Position numbers and translations under genes: made by a program
The notes under the pieces: model-generated
Seen by the model: only the letters and a program-made list of their open reading frames with translations
The model's database searches: none
What the model was told of the DNA's origin: nothing
Source: a virus
Virus record (IMG/VR): IMGVR_UViG_3300030328_002692
Span: 27,134 to 91,133 of that record
Length of the DNA: 64,000 bases
Reading direction: 5' to 3' (one strand)
Part shown: positions 59,012 to 64,000 of the stretch, in pieces
Layout: the number at the start of each line of letters is the position of its first letter
How positions within the stretch are numbered: the stretch's first letter is position 1

Positions 59012-60071
59012 TTATTTCTACCTCCATTATTACTCCTGCATTATTTATATATAAATAAGTGCCTGCATTTATATCTATTCCTATATCATAAGTATTTACG
59101 CCTGTGTGTACAAAATATATAAGTCCATCTTCTACAAAAGTGTAAGTCTGGTATACAGGGTCAAAACCTCCTATTATACCTGCTAACTCTACTCCTTGTA
59201 GTATAGACTGTGATTGTTTTGATTTCTTGCTTGTAGTTTCAACTAGTGCTAGTAAATCAACTAGGAATTCTATTCCTAATAAATCAATGTCTAATCTTGT
59301 GACTTCTTCTGATTCTTCATCACATTCTTCTACTAGTGCGTCGCAGTCTAAGTCTGGTGCATCTTCAAAGAAATCTTTGTCTAATTCAGCAGTCGGTGAA
59401 GTACCTTGTTGTTGTTCTTCTACTGCTTGTTCGACTTCTGCTGGTCTACTGACAATTAACATATTGTCTATTAAACCAAGAGTCATATTAGCAAGGGTTA
59501 CAGCTTGTGTTGGGGGCTGTTCCCAGGCTGATACCATTGTTGCTTGGAATGGTTCATTTAATATTTCTACTCCTGAAGCTGTGGTTACTGTTATCTCTCC
59601 CGAAGAAGTACCATCTTTATTTGGTAGTAGTATAACTAGGCTTCTTCCTAGCTCATCTACAGTAGCCGTAAAATCCGTTCCACGAATACCTATTGTAGCT
59701 GTAGGAGTCTTGATAGAGATGTTCTCTTTATCAATCATTCCAAGTTTGCCCGTAATGAAACGAGCTGTTCCTGATGCCATATTAAAAGCCATTTCACTTT
59801 TACTAGGGTCAGGGTCAAAAATGAATTTATCGATTATAACTTTAGAATGTTCTGTAAGTTTAAGGACTGAATCGTCAATAAACTGTATTGCCATTCTACC
59901 GTTACCTGTTCGGACATCATCAAATGAGTAGATATCTGAGTCTAGTTCCGCTGTGAGAGTTTCACTAGAGTCTTGTCTAGTAATCTCTCCGTTTCCCTTT
60001 AACTCAGATATCCCTCCAATTTCGGACGCGCTAATTGTTCCTACGAAAAGTATTAACAGCCAGAAGCGCAT
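58968..60071 (-). CDS. Periplasmic FecR-domain protein
   Basis: Signal peptide; D.VRTG.G...I.F.D.S...L, G..RF.TG and I.TPTATIGIRGTDF FecR-domain motifs; acidic C-terminal half. Confidence 0.85.
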   Translation of the reverse strand: MRFWLLILFVGTISASEIGGISELKGNGEITRQDSSETLTAELDSDIYSFDDVRTGNGRMAIQFIDDSVLKLTEHSKVIIDKFIFDPDPSKSEMAFNMASGTARFITGKLGMIDKENISIKTPTATIGIRGTDFTATVDELGRSLVILLPNKDGTSSGEITVTTASGVEILNEPFQATMVSAWEQPPTQAVTLANMTLGLIDNMLIVSRPAEVEQAVEEQQQGTSPTAELDKDFFEDAPDLDCDALVEECDEESEEVTRLDIDLLGIEFLVDLLALVETTSKKSKQSQSILQGVELAGIIGGFDPVYQTYTFVEDGLIYFVHTGVNTYDIGIDINAGTYLYINNAGVIMEVEINGAGDNIIIINQSP

Positions 60072-60730
60072 TGATCGACGTCTATCGTTCCATTTGAAGT
60101 TGTGGATATTAAGTTCACAACATTTGTAGAAGCAGTATCAGTTTGGTCAATAGTTATAGTATTTGAGCCTCCTGTTATTGAAGCTGTTATACTGTGGTCA
60201 GCTGAACCAGTCTGTGTAGTAGTAATATCATTACTATTTCCACTAACAGTCCAGTTATTAATACAGCCAACTACTTCACAAGTACCTGTGTACTCATTAG
60301 AAGTACCAGTAATTACAAAATCCTGATTACCTCCAGTAGCTGTTGAAGCTGCACCTTGTGTCCAAGTGAATATATTACTGTCGCCAGTTGCAGCGTAGTC
60401 AAAGTCTGATTGAGCTACGTCGCCTGTTCCACCAACAGTAAAAGTTCCTGTATTACTATCCCCAGTTACTATCCAATCCCAACTCGATGAGTTACCCTGT
60501 AATATACTGGCTAGAAAAGAGTTAGTATCTCCAATCTGGTCAATATCTACAGTCATGGAAGTACCTGATAAGGTTACTCTGCTTGATGAAGTACCAACTT
60601 TGTTAGTTGCTCCAATTTGATCAATAGTAAGTGTTAAACCTGTACCAGTTTGAGTGATATAAATATCATTATTTCCTGCAAATGCTCCAAAAGATAGACA
60701 TATCGCGAATAGTCCTAGTATCTTTTTCAT
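60053..60730 (-). CDS. Secreted curlin-like beta-solenoid protein 1
   Basis: Signal peptide (AFA|GNNDIYITQTG) and repeats of I.Q.G..N / V.G.SN. Rich in Thr, Gly, Ser and Asn. Confidence 0.8.
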   Translation of the reverse strand: MKKILGLFAICLSFGAFAGNNDIYITQTGTGLTLTIDQIGATNKVGTSSSRVTLSGTSMTVDIDQIGDTNSFLASILQGNSSSWDWIVTGDSNTGTFTVGGTGDVAQSDFDYAATGDSNIFTWTQGAASTATGGNQDFVITGTSNEYTGTCEVVGCINNWTVSGNSNDITTTQTGSADHSITASITGGSNTITIDQTDTASTNVVNLISTTSNGTIDVDQCASGC

Positions 60731-60732
60731 TT

Positions 60733-61560
60733 TTATTCCTCTTTTAGTTTGGAATAGTTAAAATCCCAAACCTCTTTTTCGAGTCCTTCTATAACCAGTC
60801 CGTAAACGGCAGCTTCTATAGCTGCTCGGACGGCTATATTGGTCGACTCGTTTTCCGTATACCCACTTTCAATTTCGACTAATTCTGTACCCATTTCTAT
60901 GAATCTGAATACGTCGCCTCCACTTGCTGTGGATAATACAGTTTTTGTAGCCGTAACATTTAAGAGTACTTCGCCAGTTTGCACTAGCACAGCTCTAAGG
61001 ACGACGGTTACTTTGTCCTCGCGGTATTGGTTCTTCATACCTATTCCTAAGTATCGAGCTCCATTACCACCTGTCTTTAAATTTGTATCGTATGCTACAA
61101 TTCCACCTTCCATAATCATTCCAGCATATAGTAATGGTTTTAAAATTGTTTTTCCGTCTGCATTCTTATTGTAGCTTTCGTAAGTACTTCTTACAAGTTG
61201 TCTTTCTTTTGTTAAATTATCTAATCCGCCTCTTTCTACCACTACGAACCAATTTCCTTTACCGGCATCGCGAAGTGCTTCCACTAACATATGGTCTGCT
61301 CCTTGAGTTACCGCAGTACTAAAACTAGCGATATTATCGCTGGACTTTCTTTGACCTGTTAGGTCGGAAAAATTATAAACAGCGACTACTGTTTTTCGAT
61401 TTGGATAAGGTAAGTTAAGTAGTTGTTGGGTTGCGCTAGGTTCAATGACTGGACCTTTGATACACATTACTCCGTCCATGCAATTGCCGTGACTTTGGGG
61501 CATGCCAATGGAGGCACAGCCCTGAAGAAACATAAGCGCAACTATTAGGTATTTACTCAC
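60733..61560 (-). CDS. csgG: Curli secretion channel CsgG
   Basis: Lipobox LQGC. VAVY.F.D.TGQRK, STAVTQG, WF.VVER.GLDNL..ERQ and EGGI..YD.N..TGG.GARYLGIG motifs. Confidence 0.95.
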   Translation of the reverse strand: MSKYLIVALMFLQGCASIGMPQSHGNCMDGVMCIKGPVIEPSATQQLLNLPYPNRKTVVAVYNFSDLTGQRKSSDNIASFSTAVTQGADHMLVEALRDAGKGNWFVVVERGGLDNLTKERQLVRSTYESYNKNADGKTILKPLLYAGMIMEGGIVAYDTNLKTGGNGARYLGIGMKNQYREDKVTVVLRAVLVQTGEVLLNVTATKTVLSTASGGDVFRFIEMGTELVEIESGYTENESTNIAVRAAIEAAVYGLVIEGLEKEVWDFNYSKLKEE

Positions 61561-62038
61561 AATTGGTCACACAACCGCCGAAACTACCAACTGGTATTGT
61601 TATAGTGGTTCTTGAGATTTCTACTCCATCTGCCATCTCTATAATTGTTAAGGTTATTGTTATACCATTGTTTAACCATTGGATAATATTACCCTCTAGT
61701 TCTATCTCTCCATAAACGGGGTTTTCTATTGAAGCAGGATTGTCATAGTTAAATAAGGATTCCGATATATCTTTCGCGAGTGTGGAATATATCCTTGACT
61801 CTAAGTTTCTGAGGAACTTAGCGAGTGTTGTATTCTCTGCTTCTCTTTGAGCGTCTTCTAATGCTTCTTGTGCATCTGCTCTGATTTTCTCTTTACGAGT
61901 TCTTTCTTGCTCATCAATTGTTAAATAGTGAGCAGATTGATTAATCCCACTGAAACTGGGATTACCGAATTTATGTACTAGCTCCGTCGCGTTTGCTGTT
62001 GTCGCTAGTGTTAGTAGTATTATTAAGCTTTTTTTCAT
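61553..62038 (-). CDS. csgF: Curli assembly component CsgF
   Basis: Signal peptide, then ELVHKFGNPSFSG (the CsgF N-terminal F.NP.F.G motif), F...LESR and TTITIP. Confidence 0.88.
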   Translation of the reverse strand: MKKSLIILLTLATTANATELVHKFGNPSFSGINQSAHYLTIDEQERTRKEKIRADAQEALEDAQREAENTTLAKFLRNLESRIYSTLAKDISESLFNYDNPASIENPVYGEIELEGNIIQWLNNGITITLTIIEMADGVEISRTTITIPVGSFGGCVTNCE

Positions 62039-62264
62039 TTTCTTTCATCTCTAAAACCGTGTTTACTTTTTCTTGTAAACGGATCATGTCTTGGTCGAGT
62101 AACCTAAGCTGATCTATCAATCGTATGATTGTTATTTTCATTTCATCTATAGCGGGGTCTACGTCCTTGAGGATAGTTTGGTATACAAAGTATACAAAAT
62201 ACCCCATACCGACAGCCATCACAATCGGAAATCCAAATTGGGAAATTAAATCTACAATTTCCAT
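61971..62264 (-). CDS. Small single-pass membrane protein with coiled coil (YvrJ-like N-terminus), paralog B
   Basis: MEIVDLISQFGFPIV...TM...LIDQLRLLDQDMIRL. Overlaps csgF. Confidence 0.65.
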   Translation of the reverse strand: MEIVDLISQFGFPIVMAVGMGYFVYFVYQTILKDVDPAIDEMKITIIRLIDQLRLLDQDMIRLQEKVNTVLEMKENEKKLNNTTNTSDNSKRDGAST

Positions 62265-62528
62265 TTAACTGAATCTACTTTGTATATATTTAAAAATACT
62301 ATAAATTGTTAAACCGTAAAAAGCTAATACGGTCATGGGTAAAGCTATATAAGCTAGTTCCCATGGTGATAGGAATAGTATTTCCCATGTAAAATTTATA
62401 GCAGCTTCTGCATCTCCTGTAGGTTGTTGCATAGTACCGACTTCTGTTACAATGTCGAGCTCATAATCAACAAGAAACTCAGTCCACTCTTCTTCAGTAA
62501 AACAAATAGTACTAGTCTCTTCTTGCAT
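62265..62528 (-). CDS. Small membrane protein
   Basis: Acidic N-terminus and a C-terminal TM helix. Coupled to its neighbours. Confidence 0.6.
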   Translation of the reverse strand: MQEETSTICFTEEEWTEFLVDYELDIVTEVGTMQQPTGDAEAAINFTWEILFLSPWELAYIALPMTVLAFYGLTIYSIFKYIQSRFS

Positions 62529-62805
62529 CTATAGTTCCATCTTCCACAAAGTTTTCTGCTCTCGCAATTCTTTGTAAGTCAGGTGCTAGTCCGAGTGCTG
62601 CGGACACACTAGTGTCAATACGGATTATATCATTATTCATGACTTTCCCTCTTGTTATTAGCATTTCGGACATTCCCTTAACCGTCTTAATCTCTGTAAC
62701 GAGATTTCCCATAATTTGTTTTATAATGATAAATATAAATAGTCCCATAACTAGTGCTCCCGCTATGGGTGCTCCTACTTCTGCTATGAGATTAAATATT
62801 TCCAT
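62512..62805 (-). CDS. Small single-pass membrane protein with coiled coil (YvrJ-like N-terminus), paralog A
   Basis: MEIFNLIAEVGAPIA...TM...MNNDIIRID. Similar to 61971..62264. Confidence 0.65.
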   Translation of the reverse strand: MEIFNLIAEVGAPIAGALVMGLFIFIIIKQIMGNLVTEIKTVKGMSEMLITRGKVMNNDIIRIDTSVSAALGLAPDLQRIARAENFVEDGTIDARRD

Positions 62806-62888
62806 TAGTTAGTTATGTTTGGTATGTGTATGTTGATGACATACTGGATTCTTCCAGCTTTCATCAATCGATGTAATTTTTTCCACAT
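62805..62888 (-). CDS. 27-aa basic peptide (not in ORF track)
   Basis: Translated by hand: MWKKLHRLMKAGRIQYVINIHIPNITN. Its stop overlaps the next start (TAATG). An alternative 29-aa frame (62809..62898) also exists. Confidence 0.4.
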   Translation of the reverse strand: MWKKLHRLMKAGRIQYVINIHIPNITN

Positions 62889-62894
62889 AATTTA

Positions 62895-63356
62895 TCATTG
62901 GTCTTTCATTAATTTCTTGATCAGTTCTCCGTAATTCCCTTGACCAAATGGCAGCCCACTATTATCTTGAATGTTTACTTGCGTTTTGACTGTCTGTGCC
63001 TTCGCTTTCTCCATTTCTGTTTGAGCTTTAATTTCTTCGATACGCATTTTGTGAGCCATCTGAAGTAAATCTGCCATGTCTTTGTTAGTATAAATCTGAG
63101 TCTCATCTGACTCCTCTAGTTTCTTTTCGATGAGCATATCTAAGGTTTCCGATATCTTAAATCTGTTTCGATATCCAGTATCTAGAAAGACCGTGTCTAT
63201 ATACTGTTTCACTTCCCTTTTATTTAGGGCCTCGCTAACCTGATTTTCGCTCACACCAAGTTTTGCGCAAACTACCGGGATACTTCCGTGTTCCAGATAA
63301 CTGTTTGCGATCTCCAGTCCTTCAGGACTCATTTTGGTTGCTATTTCTTTACTCAT
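62895..63356 (-). CDS. terS: Terminase small subunit (T5-like)
   Basis: MSPEG...AN.YL, EVK.YI..VF.D.GYRNR, KKLEE, AHKMR.EE and NYG.L motifs, as recalled from T5 TerS. Confidence 0.85.
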   Translation of the reverse strand: MSKEIATKMSPEGLEIANSYLEHGSIPVVCAKLGVSENQVSEALNKREVKQYIDTVFLDTGYRNRFKISETLDMLIEKKLEESDETQIYTNKDMADLLQMAHKMRIEEIKAQTEMEKAKAQTVKTQVNIQDNSGLPFGQGNYGELIKKLMKDQ

Positions 63357-63362
63357 GTTTAT

Positions 63363-63391
63363 ATTATACTAAAATTTTAGTTCGGTGTCAA
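63363..63391 (-). promoter_or_regulatory. Consensus sigma70 promoter for the terS-curli-cyclase operon
   Basis: Minus strand: TTGACA, 17-nt spacer, TATAAT. The terS ATG begins 7 nt downstream, which implies a leaderless mRNA. Confidence 0.88.
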
Positions 63392-63516
63392 GAAGTATTT
63401 TCTAATAGGTATCATTATGATACTATTCATTGCGTTAATTTGTTTTTTTGAAATTTTTTAAAGTTGTACGTGTGGGGGTGTCGCCAGGGAGAGAGCTTTT
63501 TTAGTCTGCTAACCCC

Positions 63517-63571
63517 CCTGTATAAAAATTATACAGGTAGAAAAACTCCAAACATTACTTGAATGTTTGGA
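63517..63571. repeat. Two adjacent perfect inverted repeats in the non-coding region
   Basis: CCTGTATAA-AAA-TTATACAGG (63517-63537) and TCCAAACATT-ACTTG-AATGTTTGGA (63547-63571). Confidence 0.85.
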
Positions 63572-63885
63572 CAAATTCGTGTAGGGAAATAGGTTAAATA
63601 TATGTTGCATGATCAGACCATTTTGCTATTATTAATTATAGCTGTGTTTATGCGACCTATTAGGCGAACTTGAAAGGATAGCTCTCTTGCACCAAGATAG
63701 GCTTACGACACAAAAGGCGAAGGGCGTAGCTATGGGAAAAATTAATTTCAAAAGGCTAATAATTTAATTACTGAACAAACCATACTTCACTGACCAAATA
63801 AACACTATCTTTATTTTTGCCTAGAATCTCACTAGAGATTATCACGATAGATAACTAACTAATTAAATATTAAATGGGGGAACTT

Positions 63886-64000
63886 ATGAAAATATTTAAA
63901 AAATTGTTTAAGCAACACTTAACAATTAAAACTAAATTTAATCCTAACAATGCTAAAGATGTTAAGGCTTTTAATAAAGCCTGTAAAACTTTGGAAGAAC
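63886..64000 (+). CDS. Partial hypothetical protein (runs off the window)
   Basis: GGGGGA SD, then ATG 63886 (MKIFKKLFKQH...). Open to the window end. Confidence 0.55.
   Translation, partial: MKIFKKLFKQHLTIKTKFNPNNAKDVKAFNKACKTLEE

Noticed and set aside
59227-59931. 234-aa + strand ORF
   Set aside because: It lies entirely antisense to the FecR-domain gene, is Ser-rich and has no recognisable motif.
54879-62038. Host chromosomal DNA or prophage boundary as the source of iscU, the porin, csgFG and the cyclase
   Set aside because: The genes are flanked by terL and terS, interleaved with spanins, driven by the same promoter motif as the virion genes, and lack their usual bacterial operon partners.
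1-64000. tRNA/rRNA genes, integrase, introns and inteins
   Set aside because: No cloverleaf or rRNA-like sequence is visible in the few intergenic gaps, and no integrase ORF is present. nrdA, nrdB, terL and the helicase are uninterrupted and not enlarged.

Overview
This 64-kb window is the right-hand part of an AT-rich, T5-like (Demerecviridae-like) siphophage genome. It probably infects a marine Gram-negative bacterium; the spanins, outer-membrane proteins and consensus sigma70 promoters support the Gram-negative part, and the marine origin is inferred from recalled gene-family resemblances. Positions 1-10.5 kb (+) hold the T5-type replication/recombination block: an adenine methyltransferase, D10 helicase, D11 SSB, an inserted peroxiredoxin, D12/D13 SbcDC, D14, D15 flap endonuclease and nrdAB. 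This block ends at a bidirectional terminator. Positions 10.6-63.4 kb (-) are the late region. It contains an expanded array of five related long fibre genes plus adaptors, a 1926-aa pb3/pb4-like hub, Dit, tape measure, tail chaperones with a candidate +1 frameshift, tail tube and completion proteins, a fused prohead protease-major capsid ORF with a nested internal start, portal, nicking endonuclease and terL. terS lies about 10 kb from terL, and the gap is filled by an accessory island. The island carries spanins and holin-like peptides, IscU and a TIGR02001-like beta-barrel. Its most striking part is a tightly coupled operon of small membrane proteins, CsgF, CsgG, two curlin-like proteins, a FecR-domain protein and an intact CHASE2 class III adenylate cyclase. 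This looks like a phage-encoded trans-envelope sensing and cAMP-signalling system built on a curli secretion channel. All product calls come from motif recognition and synteny; no database searches were run.
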